From the human T2T-CHM13v2.0 reference genome, Homo sapiens: DNA of 64,000 nt. Shown piece by piece: positions 43,162 to 56,381 of this stretch (position 1 is its first letter; every line of letters begins with the position of its first letter). Location of the stretch: assembly GCF_009914755.1 (NCBI RefSeq), contig NC_060940.1; one strand, given 5' to 3'. Position numbers and translations under genes: made by a program. The notes below the pieces were generated by a model that was not told the DNA's origin, did no database searches, and worked only from the letters and a program-made list of their open reading frames with translations.

Positions 43162-45141
43162 ATGATTCCACTTGATTCCATTTACGATGATTCCATTCGA
43201 TTCCATGTGATGATTCCATTCAATTCTATTCAATGCTGTTTCCATTTGATTCCATTCGACCATGATTGCCTTTGATTCCATTCAATGACTCCATTCGGTT
43301 CCTTTTGATGATGATTCCGTTCGATTCCATTTCATTATTCCATTTGATTCCATTGGATGAGTCCATTCGATTACATTTGATGATTATTCCATTCGAGTGC
43401 ATTAGATGATTCCATTCGAGTCCATTCGATGATTCCATTCGATTCCATTCGATGTTGATTCTGTTCAAATCCATTCGATGATTCCACTCGATTCCATTCG
43501 ATGACTCCAGTTGATCCCATTCGATGATTTCCTTTGATTCCCTTTGATGATCATTCCATTTGATTCAATTCGGTGATTTCATTTGATTCCATTCAGTGAT
43601 GTTTCCATTCGACTCCATTCGATGATGATTCCATTCGACTCCATTCGATTATGATTTCATTCAATTCCATTCGATAATGATTCCCTTCGAGTCCATTCGA
43701 TGATTCCATTCGATTCCATTCAACAATGATTTGATTCGTGTCCATTCGATGATTCCATTTGATTCCACTTGATGATGATTCCATTCGAGTCCATTTGATG
43801 ATTCCATTCAATTCCATTCTCCGATGATTTCTTTTGAGCCCATTCAATGCTTCCACTCGATTCCATATGATGATGACTCCATTCGATGAAATTCGATGAT
43901 GATTCCCTTTGATTCCATTCAAAGATGATTCCATTCTAGCCCATTCAATCATTCCATTCGATTCTATTCAATGATGATTCCATTCATGTCGATTTGGTGA
44001 TTCCATTTGACTTCATTTGATGATGATTCCTTTCAAGTTCATTAGATGATTCCATTCGATTCCATTTGATGATGATCCCATTCGAGTCCATTCAGTGATT
44101 CCACTCGTTTCCATTCCATGATGATTCCATTCCATTCCATTCAATGATTCCATTCGATTCCGTTTGATGATGATTTCATTCGAGTCCATTTCATGATTCC
44201 ATTTGATTCCATTCGATGATGATTCCATTCGAGTCCATTCGATGATTCTATTCGAATCCATTTGATGATTTCTTTTGATTATAGTTGGTGATGATTCCAT
44301 TGGAGTCCATTCAATGATTCCATTCGATTCCAATCGATGGTGATTCCATTAGAGTCCATTTAATGATTCCATTTGATTCCAGTCTCTGATGATTACATTC
44401 GAGTCCATACGATGATTCCACTCAATTCCATATGATGATGATTCCATTCGATTCCATTCGATGATTCCATTCTATTCTATTCAATGGTGATTCCATTCGA
44501 GTACATTAGATGATTCCATTCGATTCCATTCAATGATGATTCTATTTGTGTCCCTTAGATGATTCCACATGATTCCATTAGATGATGATACTATTTGAGC
44601 CCATCCAATGATTCCCTTCGATTCCATTCGATGAGGATTCCATTCGATTCAATTCATTGGTGATTCTATTCAATTCAATTCTTTGATTCCATTCCATTCC
44701 ATTCGACAATGATTCCATTCGATTTCTTTCGATGATTCCACTCGATTCCACTTGACATTGATTCCCTTCGATTCCATTCAATGATTCCATTTGATTCCAG
44801 TGGATGATGATTGCCATCGATTCCATTCGATCACTCCATTCTATTCCATTTGATGATGATTACATTCGATTCCATTTGACGATTCCATCTGATTCTATTC
44901 GAGGATTCCATTTGATTCCATTCGATGATGATTCCATTCGAGTCCATTCGATGATTTCATTCGAGTACATCCAATGATTCCATTCGAGTCCATTTGATGA
45001 TTCCATTTGATTCCATTTGATAATGATTCTACTAGAGTCCATTCAATGACTCCATTGGAGTCCATTCAACAATTCCATTCGACTCCATTTGATGATTCCA
45101 TTCGATTCCATTTGATGATTCCATTCGAGTCCATTTAATCA
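39600..45141 (+). repeat. 5,542-bp spacing unit (6,112 minus a 570-bp deletion at ~43895)
   Basis: Landmarks 40460/46002, 41665/47207, 42666/48208 and 43593/49135 all differ by 5,542. Confidence 0.87.
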
Positions 45142-48100
45142 TTACAGTCGAGTCCATTTGGTGATTCCACCGGATTTCTTTTGATAATGATACCATTCAA
45201 ATACATTTGATGATGATCCCATTCAATTTCATTTGATGATGATTCCATTAGAGTCCATTCGATGATTTCATTCGAGTCCCTTCATTGATTCCATCCGATT
45301 TCATTGGATGATGACTCCATTCGAGTCCATTCGATGATTCCACTCGATTCCATTAGATGATTCCATTGGAGTCCATTTGATTGTTCCATTCGATTCCATT
45401 CAATTCCTTTCGAAGATTATTCCATTTGAGTCCATTCGACGATGATTCCATTCCATTCCATTCGATGATTCCGTTTGATTCCATTCGATGATTCCCTTCG
45501 ATTCCTTTCTTTGATGATTCCATTCCATTCCATTCAATGATTCCATTCGAATCTATTCCATGATGATTCCTTTCGATTCCATTCGCTGATGTTTCCGTTC
45601 AATTCCATTCGATGATGATTCCATTCGATTCCATTCATTGAGGATTCCATTTGATTCCATTCAATGATGATTCCGTTCTATTCCATTCAATGATTGCATT
45701 CAATTCCATTCAATGATTATCCCCTTAGAGTAAACTCAACGATTCCATTCAATACCATTCGATGATGATTCCTTTTGAGTCCATTCAATGATTTCATTCA
45801 AGTCCATTTGATGATTCCTTTCAATTCCATTCTATGATGATTCCATTCGAGTCCATTCGATGATTCCATTCGATTGCATTCGATGATTCCATTATATTCC
45901 AGTCAACGATGATTCCATTCGAGTCCATTCGATGATTCCATTAGAGTACATTTAATGATTGCTTTGTTTTCAATTCGAAGATGATTACATTGGATTCCAT
46001 TCTATGATACCATTCGATTCCATTCAATGATGATTCCACTCAAATCCATTGGATGATTCCATTCGTGTCCATTCGGTGATTTCATTAGATTCCATTCGAG
46101 GATGATTCCATTCGATTCCATTCGATGATTCCATTCAATTCCATTCGATGATGATTCCATTCCAGTCCATATGATCATTCCATTTGATTTCATTCGATGA
46201 TGATTCCATTCGATTCCATTCGATGATTCCATTCTATTCCATTCGATGATGATTCCATTCGAGTCCATTCGATGATTCCATTCGAGTCCATTTAATGATT
46301 CCATTGGGTTCAATTCAATGATGATTACATTGGATTCCGTTCTATGATTCCATTCAATTCCGTTCATAGACAATTTGATTCCATTCGATGATGATTCCAT
46401 TTGAGTTCATTCGATGATTCTATTCGATTCTCTTCGATGGTGATTCAATTCTATTATATTGGATGATTCCATTCGATTCCATTTGATGTTGATTCAATTC
46501 GATTCTATTCGATGATGATTCCATTGGATTTCACTTGATGATTCTATTCGATTCCATTCAATGATGATTCACTTCTCGTCCATTGGATGATTCCATTTCA
46601 TTCCATTCGATGATGATTCCATTCGATTCCATTCGATGATTCCATTTGATTCCATGCGACGGTGAGCAATTCGATTCAATTCCATGATGATTCTATTTGA
46701 TTCAATTAGATGATGTTTCCATTCGAATCCATTCCATGATTATTCCATTGGAATCCATTTGGCGATGATTCCATATGAGTCAATTCAATGATGATTCCAT
46801 ATGGGTCCGTTCGATGATAATTCCATTTGATTTCATTCGATGCTTCTATTCTATTCCAGTCGATGATGATTCCGTTGGAGTCCATACGATGATTCCATTT
46901 GATTTCATTTGATGATGATTCCATTCGATGATGATTACATTGGATTCCATTCTATGATTCCATTCAATTCCATTCGTTGATGATTCGATTCCATTCAATG
47001 ATGATTCCATTTGAGTTCATTCGATGATTCTATTCGATTCCGTTCGATGGTGATTCAATTCTATTATATAGGATGATTCCACTCGATTCCATTTGATGAT
47101 TATTCCATTGGAGTCCACTTAGTGAATCCTTTAGATTCTACTCGAAGATGATTCCATTCGAGTCCATTCGATGATACCATTCAATTCCATTCGTTGATGC
47201 TTCCATTCAAGTGCATTCGATGATATCATTCGATTCCATTTGATGATAATTCCATTTGATTCCATGCGATGATTCTATTCGATTCCATTCAATGATAATT
47301 CCATTCAATTCAGTGATTCCTCTGGACTCCATTTGATGATGATTCCATTCAATGATTCCATTCGATTCTATTCCAAAATGATTCCATTTGAATCCATTTG
47401 ATGATGATTCCATTAGATTCCATTTGATGATTCCATTCGATTCCATTTGACGATGATTCCATTCGATTCCATTTGATGATTCCATTCTATTCTATTCGAT
47501 GATGATTCCATTCGATTCCATTTGATGATGATTGGATTCGATTCCATTTGATGATTTCATTTGATTCCATTCGTTAATGATTTCGATCAACTCCATTCGA
47601 TGATTCCATTTGATTCCATTCTATAATGATTACATCCGAGTCCATTCGATGATTCCATTTGAGCCCGTTCGATAATTCCATTTGAGTCCAATCAATGATT
47701 CCATTCATTTCCATTCAATGATTCCATTCGAGTCCATTTGATCATTCTGGTAGGGTCCGTTCGATGTTGATTCCATTGGAGTGCATTCGATGATTGCATT
47801 CGAGTCCATTTTAGGATTTGATTCGAGTCCTTTCGATGATTCCATTCGATTCCACTCGATGATGATTTCATTCGAGTCCATTCGACACTTCCAATCGATT
47901 CCATTTGATGTTTCCATTCGAGTCCAATTGATGATTCCATTCAATTCCATTCGATGATGATTCCGTACGATTCCATTCTGTGATGATTCCATGTGATTCC
48001 ATTCAATGATGATTCCTTTAGATTGCATTCGATTGTGATTCATTTCGTCTTCATTCTATGGTTCCACAGGTTTCCATTCGTGTCCATTCCATTATTCCAT

Positions 48101-50012
48101 TCTATTCCATTTGGTGATGATTCCATTCGATTCCATTCATTGGTGATTCCACTCAATTCCATTCAATGATTCCATTCCATTTCTTTCAACAATGATTCCA
48201 TTAGTTTCTAATCGATGATCCACTTGATTCCATTTGACGACGATTCCATTCTTGTCCATTCGATGATTCCATTTGATTCCATATGATGATGATTCCATTC
48301 GATTCCATACCATGATGATTCCATTCGAGTCCATTCAATGGTGATTCCATTCAATTCCATTCGATGATTCCTTTCGATTCCATTCGATGATGATGGCATT
48401 CGATTCCTTTCAATCATTCCCTCTGATTCCATTCAAAGGTGATTTCATTCAAGTCCATTCGATAATTGCATTCGATTCCATTCTATGATGATTCCATTCG
48501 AGTCCATTTGATGATTCCATTCAATTCAAGTCAATGATGATTCCATTCGATTCCATTCGATGATTCCATTGGATTCCATTCGATGATGATTCCATTCAAA
48601 TCCATTCGATAATTCAATTCAAGTCCATTCGATGATGATAAAAATCGAATCCATTCAAAGATTCCATTCAGTTCCATTCGATGATTCCCTTAGATTCCAT
48701 TCGATGATTCCACTTGATTTCATTTACGATGATTCCATTCGATTCCATGTGATGATTCCATTCAATACTATTCAATGCTGTTTCCATTTGATTCCATTCG
48801 ACCATGATTGCCTTTGATTCCATTCAATGACTCCATTCGGTTCCTTTTGATGATGATTCCGTTCGATTCCATTTGATGATTCCATTTGATTCCATTGGAT
48901 GAGTCCATTCGATTACATTCGATGATTATTCCATTCGAGTGCATTAGATGATTCCATTCGAGTCCATTCGATGATTCCATTCGATTCCATTCGATGTTGA
49001 TTCTGTTCAAATCCATTCGATGATTCCACTCGATTCCATTCGATGACTCCAGTTGATCCCATTCGATGATTTCCTTTGATTCCCTTTGATGATCATTCCA
49101 TTTGATTCAATTCGGTGATTTCATTTGATTCCATTCAGTGATGTTTCCATTCGACTCCATTCGATGATGATTCCATTCGACTCCATTCGATTATGATTTC
49201 ATTCAATTCCATTCGATAATGATTCCCTTCAAGTCCATTCGATGATTCCATTCGATTCCATTCAACGATGATTTGATTCGTGTCCATTCGATGATTCCAT
49301 TTGATTCCACTTGATGATGATTCCATTCGAGTCCATTTGATGATTCCATTCAATTCCATACTCCGATGATTTCTTTTGAGCCCACTCAATGCTTCCACTC
49401 GATTCCATATGATGATGACTCCATTCGATGAAATTCGATGATGATTCCATTCGCTTGCTTTCGATGATGATTCCACTTGAGTCTGTTAGAAGATTCTATT
49501 CAATTACATTCCATGACGATTCCGTTCGAGTCCATTTGATGATTCCATTAGACTCCATTCGACGATGATTCCATTCGATGTTATTCGATGATTCCATTCG
49601 ATCTCATTCGATGATGATTCCATTCAACTCCATTCGATGTTTCCATTCGAGTTCATTCTATTTTTCCATTAGATTCCATTCGATGATGATTCCATTCGAT
49701 TCCATTTGATGATTGCATTCTATTTCATTTGATGATGATTCCATTCGAGTCTACTCGATGATTCCATTCGAGTCCATTTAATGAATCCATTGGTTTCAAT
49801 TCTATGATGATTACATTGGATTCCATTCGTTGATGATTTCATTCGGTTCCATTCAATGATGATTCTATTCAATTCCTTTCAATGTTTCCATTCAATTCCA
49901 TACGATGATGATTCCATTTGATTTGTTTCGACAGTGAGCCATTCGATTCAATTCCATGATGATTCTATTTGATTCCATTGGTTGACATTTCCATTCGATT
50001 CCATTCGATGAT
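43901..50012 (+). repeat. Canonical 6,112-bp higher-order repeat unit
   Basis: Landmarks 44013/50125, 44860/50972, 46002/52114, 46706/52818, 47207/53319 and 47692/53804 all differ by exactly 6,112. Confidence 0.93.
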
Positions 50013-53000
50013 GATTCCCTTTGATTCCATTCAAAGATGATTCCATTCTAGCCCATTCAATCATTCCATTCGATTCTATTCAATGATGATTCCATTCATG
50101 TCGATTTGGTGATTCCATTTGACTTCATTTGATGATGATTCCTTTCAAGTTCATTAGATGATTCCATTCGATTCCATTTGATGATGATCCCATTCGAGTC
50201 CATTCAGTGATTCCATTCGTTTCCATTCCATGATGATTCCATTCCATTCCATGCAATGATTCCATTCGATTCCGTTTGATGATGATTTCATTCGAGTCCA
50301 TTTGATGATTCCATTTGATTCCATTCGATGATGATTCCATTCGAGTCCATTCGATGATTCTATTCGAATCCATTTGATGATTTCTTTTGATTATAGTTGG
50401 TGATGATTCCATTGGAGTCCATTCAATGATTCCATTCGATTCCAATCGATGGTGATTCCATTAGAGTCCATTTAATGATTCCATTTGATTCCAGTCTCTG
50501 ATGATTACATTCGAGTCCATACGATGATTCCACTCAATTCCATATGATGATGATTCCATTCGATTCCATTCGATGATTCCATTCTATTCTATTCAATGGT
50601 GATTCCATTCGAGTACATTAGATGATTCCATTCGATTCCATTCAATGATGATTCTATTTGTGTCCCTTAGATGATTCCACATGATTCCATTAGATGATGA
50701 TACTATTTCAGCCCATCCAATGATTCCCTTCGATTCCATTCGATGAGGATTCCATTCGATTCAATTCATTGGTGATTCTATTCAATTCAATTCTTTGATT
50801 CCATTCCATTCCATTCGACAATGATTCCATTCGATTTCTTTCGATGATTCCACTCGATTCCACTTGACATTGATTCCCTTCGATTCCATTCAATGATTCC
50901 ATTTGATTCCAGTGGATGATGATTGCCATCGATTCCATTCGATCACTCCATTCTATTCCATTTGATGATGATTACATTCGATTCCATTTGACGATTCCAT
51001 CTGATTCTATTCGAGGATTCCATTTGATTCCATTCGATGATGATTCCATTCGAGTCCATTCGATGATTTCATTCGAGTACATCCAATGATTCCATTCGAG
51101 TCCATTTGATGATTCCGTTTGATTCCATTTGATAATGATTCTACTAGAGTCCATTCAATGACTCCATTCGAGTCCATTCAACAATTCCATTCGACTCCAT
51201 TTGATGATTCCATTCGATTCCATTTGATGATTCCATTCGAGTCCATTTAATCATTACAGTCGAGTCCATTTGGTGATTCCACCGGATTTCTTTTGATAAT
51301 GATACCATTCAATTACATTTGATGATGATCCCATTCAATTTCATTTGATGATGATTCCATTAGAGTCCATTCGATGATTTCATTCGAGTCCCTTCATTGA
51401 TTCCATCCGATTTCATTGGATGATGACTCCATTCGAGTCCATTCGATGATTCCACTCGATTCCATTAGATGATTCCATTGGAGTCCATTTGATTGTTCCA
51501 TTCGATTCTATTCGATTCCTTTCGAAGATTATTCCATTTGAGTCCATTCGATGATGATTCCATTCCATTCCATTCGATGATTCCGTTTGATTCCATTCGA
51601 TGATTCCCTTCGATTCCTTTCTTTGATGATTCCATTCCATTCCATTCAATGATTCCATTCGAATCTATTCCATGATGATTCCTTTCGATTCCATTCGCTG
51701 ATGTTTCCGTTCAATTCCATTCGATGATGATTCCATTCGATTCCATTCATTGAGGATTCCATTTGATTCCATTCAATGATGATTCCATTCTATTCCATTC
51801 AATGATTGCATTCAATTCCATTCAATGATTATCCCATTAGAGTAAACTCAAAGATTCCATTCAATACCATTCGATGATGATTCCTTTTGAGTCCGTTCAA
51901 TGATTTCATTCAAGTCCATTTGATGATTCCTTTCAATTCCATTCTATGATGATTCCATTCGAGTCCATTCGATGATTCCATTCGATTGCATTCGATGATT
52001 CCATTATATTCCATTCAACGATGATTCCATTCGAGTCCATTCGATGATTCCATTAGAGTACATTTAATGATTGCTTTGTTTTCAATTCGAAGATGATTAC
52101 ATTGGATTCCATTCTATGATACCATTCGATTCCATTCAATGATGATTCCACTCAAATCCATTGGATGATTCCATTCGTGTCCATTCGGTGATTTCATTAG
52201 ATTCCATTCGAGGATGATTCCATTTGATTCCATTCGATGATTCCATTCAATTCTATTCGATGATGATTCCATTCCAGTCCATATGATCATTCCATTTGAT
52301 TTCATTCGATGATGATTCCATTCGATTCCATTCGATGATTCCATTCTATTCCATTCGATGATGATTCCATTCGAGTCCATTCGATGATTCCATTCGAGTC
52401 CATTTAATGATTCCATTGGGTTCAATTCAATGATGATTACATTGGATTCCGTTCTATGATTCCATTCAATTCCGTTCATTGACAATTTGATTCCATTCGA
52501 TGATGATTCCATTTGAGTTCATTCGATGATTCTATTCGATTCTCTTCGATGGTGATTCAATTCTATTATATTGGATGATTCCATTCGATTCCATTTGATG
52601 TTGATTCAATTCGATTCTATTCGATGATGATTCCATTGGATTTCACTTGATGATTCTATTCGATTCCATTCAATGATGATTCACTTCTCGTCCATTGGAT
52701 GATTCCATTTCATTCCATTCGATGATGATTCCATTCGATTCCATTCGATGATTCCATTTGATTCCATGCGACGGTGAGCAATTCGATTCAATTCCATGAT
52801 GATTCTATTTGATTCAATTAGATGATGTTTCCATTCGAATCCATTCCATGATTATTCCATTGGAATCCATTTGGCGATGATTCCATATGAGTCAATTCAA
52901 TGATGATTCCATATGGGTCCGTTCGATGATAATTCCATTTGATTTCATTCGATGCTTCTATTCTATTCCAGTCGATGATGATTCCGTTGGAGTCCATACG

Positions 53001-56000
53001 ATGATTCCATTTGATTTCATTTGATGATGATTCCATTCGATGATGATTACATTGGATTCCATTCTATGATTCCATTCAATTCCATTCGTTGATGATTCGA
53101 TTCCATTCAATGATGATTCCATTTGAGTTCATTCGATGATTCTATTCCATTCCGTTCGATGGTGATTCAATTCTATTATATTGGATGATTCCACTCGATT
53201 CCATTTGATGATTATTCCATTGGAGTCCACTTAGTGAATCCTTTAGATTCTACTCGAAGATGATTCCATTCGAGTCCATTCAATGATACCATTCAATTTC
53301 ATTCGTTGATGCTTCCATTCAAGTGCATTCGATGATATCATTCGATTCCATTTGATGATAATTCCATTTGATTCCATGCGATGATTCTATTCGATTCCAT
53401 TCAATGATAATTCCATTCAATTCAGTGATTCCTCTGGACTCCATTTGATGATGATTCCATTCAATGATTCCATTCGATTCTATTCCAAAATGATTCCATT
53501 TGAATCCATTTGATGATGATTCCATTAGATTCCATTTGATGATTCCATTCGATTGCATTTGACGATGATTCCATTCGATTCCATTTGATGATTCCATTCT
53601 ATTCTATTCGATGATGATTCCATTCGATTCCATTTGATGATGATTGGATTCGATTCCATTTGATGATTTCATTTGATTCCATTCGTTAATGATTTCGATC
53701 AACTCCATTCGATGATTCCATTTGATTCCATTCGATAATGATTACATCCGAGTCCATTCGATGATTCCATTTGAGCCCGTTCGATAATTCCATTTGAGTC
53801 CAATCAATGATTCCCTTCATTTCCATTCAATGATTCCATTCGAGTCCATTTGATCATTCCGGTAGGGTCCGTTCGATGTTGATTCCATTGGAGTGCATTC
53901 GATGATTCCATTCGAGTCCATTTTATGATTTGATTCGAGTCCTTTCGATGATTCCATTCGATTCCACTCGATGATGATTTCATTCGAGTCCATTCGACAC
54001 TTCCAATCGATTCCATTTGATGTTTCCATTCGAGTCCAATTGATGATTCCATTCAATTCCATTCGATGATGATTCCGTACGATTCCATTCTGTGATGATT
54101 CCATGTGATTGCATTCCATGATGATTCCTTTCGATTGCATTCGATTATGATTCATTTCGTGTTCATTCTATGGTTCCACAGGTTTCCATTCGATGACGTT
54201 TCCGTTCGTGTCCATTCCATTATTCCATTCTATTTCATTTGATGATGATTCCATTCGATTCCATTCATTGGTGATTCCACTCAATTCCATTCAATGATTC
54301 CATTCCATTTCTTTCAACAATGATTCCATTAGTTTCTATTCGATGATCCACTTGATTCCATTTGGCGATGATTCCATTCGTGTCCATTCGATGATTCCAT
54401 TTGATTCCATATGATGATGATTCCATTCGATTCCATACCATGATGATTCCATTCGAGTCCATTCAATGGTGATTCCATTCAATTCCATTCGATGATTCCT
54501 TCCGATTCCATTCGATGATGATGGTATTCGATTCCTTTCAATCATTCCCTTTGATTCCATTCAAAGGTGATTTCATTCAAGTCCATTCGATAATTGCATT
54601 CGATTCCATTCTATGATGATTCCATTCGAGTCCATTTGATGATTCCATTCAATTCAAGTCAATGATGATTCCATTCAATTCCACTCGATGATTCCATTGG
54701 ATTCCATTCGATGATGATTCCATTCAAATCCATTCGATAATTCAATTCAAGTCCATTCGATGATGATTCCAATCGAATCCATTCAAAGATTCCATTCAAT
54801 TCCATTCGATGATGATTCCCTTAGATTCCATTCGATGATTCCACTTGATTCCATTTACGATGATTCCATTCGATTCCATGTGATGAATCCATTCAATTCT
54901 ATTCAATGATGTTTCCATTTGATTCCATTGGACCATGATTGCCTTTGATTCCATTCAATGATTCCATTCGGTTCCATTTGATGATGATTCCGTTCGATTC
55001 CATTTCATTATTCCATTTAATTCCATTGGATGAGTCCATTCGATTACATTCGATGATTATTCCATTCGAGTGCATTAGATGATTGCATTCGAGTCCATTC
55101 GATGATTCCATTCGATTGCATTCGATGTTGATTCTGTTCAAATCCATTCGATGATTCCACTCGATTCCATTCGATGACTCCATTTGATCCCATTCGATGA
55201 TTTCCTGTGATTCCCTTTGATGATCATTCTATTTGATTCAATTCGGTGATTTCATTTCATTCCATTCAGTGATGTTTCCATTCGACTGTATTCGATGATG
55301 ATTCCATTCGACTCCATTCGATTATGATTTCATTCAATTCCATTCAATAATGATTCCCTTCGAGTCCATTCGATGATTCCATTCGATTCCATTCAACGAT
55401 GATTTGATTCGTTTCCATTCGATGATTCCATTTGATTCCACTTGATGATGATTCCATTCGAGTCCATTTGATGATTCCATTCGAGTCTATTTATGTATTA
55501 TATTCGTGTCCACTTCATGATTCCATTCAATTCCATTTAATGTTGATTCCATTTGATTCCATTTGATGATTCAGTTCGATTCCTTGCAATGATTCCCTAC
55601 GATTCCTTTCTCTGATGATTCCATTCGATTCCATTCATTGATGATTTCATTCGACTCCATTCGATGATGATTCCTTTCGATTCCATTTGACGATGTTTCC
55701 ATTCGAGTCCATTCGATGATGATTCTATTCAATTCTGTTCTATTATGATTCCATTCGATTTCATTCAATGCTTCTATTTGATTCTATTCGATGATGATTC
55801 CATCTCTTTCCCTTCGATGATTCCTTTTGATTCCATTCAGTGATGATTCCATTTGATTCCATCTGATGATGATTTCACTTGATTCCTTTCAATGATGATT
55901 CAATTCAAGTCCATTCGATGATTCCATTGGAGTCCAAACGATCATTCCGTTCGATTCCATTCAATGGTGATTCCATTCATGTCCATTCGATGAATCCATT

Positions 56001-56381
56001 CAATTCCATTCGATGATGACTCCATTCGAGTACATTCGATGATTCCATTTGATTCCATTGGAAGATGATTCCATTCAATTCCATTCGAAGATGATTCCAT
56101 TCAATTCCATTCGATGATGATTCCGTATGAATCCATTCTCTGATTATTCCATTCGATTCCATTCATTGACGATTCCATTCAATTCCATTCAATGATGATT
56201 CTCTTCTATTCCATTCGATGATTCCGGTCGATTCCATTCGATGATGATTCCATTAGATTCCATTCGATTGTTGCATTCGATTCCCTTCGATGATGATTCC
56301 TTTGAATTCCATTCGATTATCATTCCGTATGAATCCATTTGATGATTATTCCATTGGATTCCTTTCGATGATGATTCCATT
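50013..56381 (+). repeat. Second ~6-kb unit, with its distal part replaced by a truncated block B (landmark spacing 6,020 bp)
   Basis: It follows the 6,112 register to ~54180, has a 16-bp insertion, enters block B at ~55478 and rejoins the standard unit at ~56370. Landmarks 53319/59339 differ by 6,020. Confidence 0.85.

Noticed and set aside
43090-48817. Two plus-strand 61-aa ORFs (43090-43275 and 48632-48817)
   Set aside because: They are a chance stop-free stretch in two related unit copies and are pure satellite sequence.
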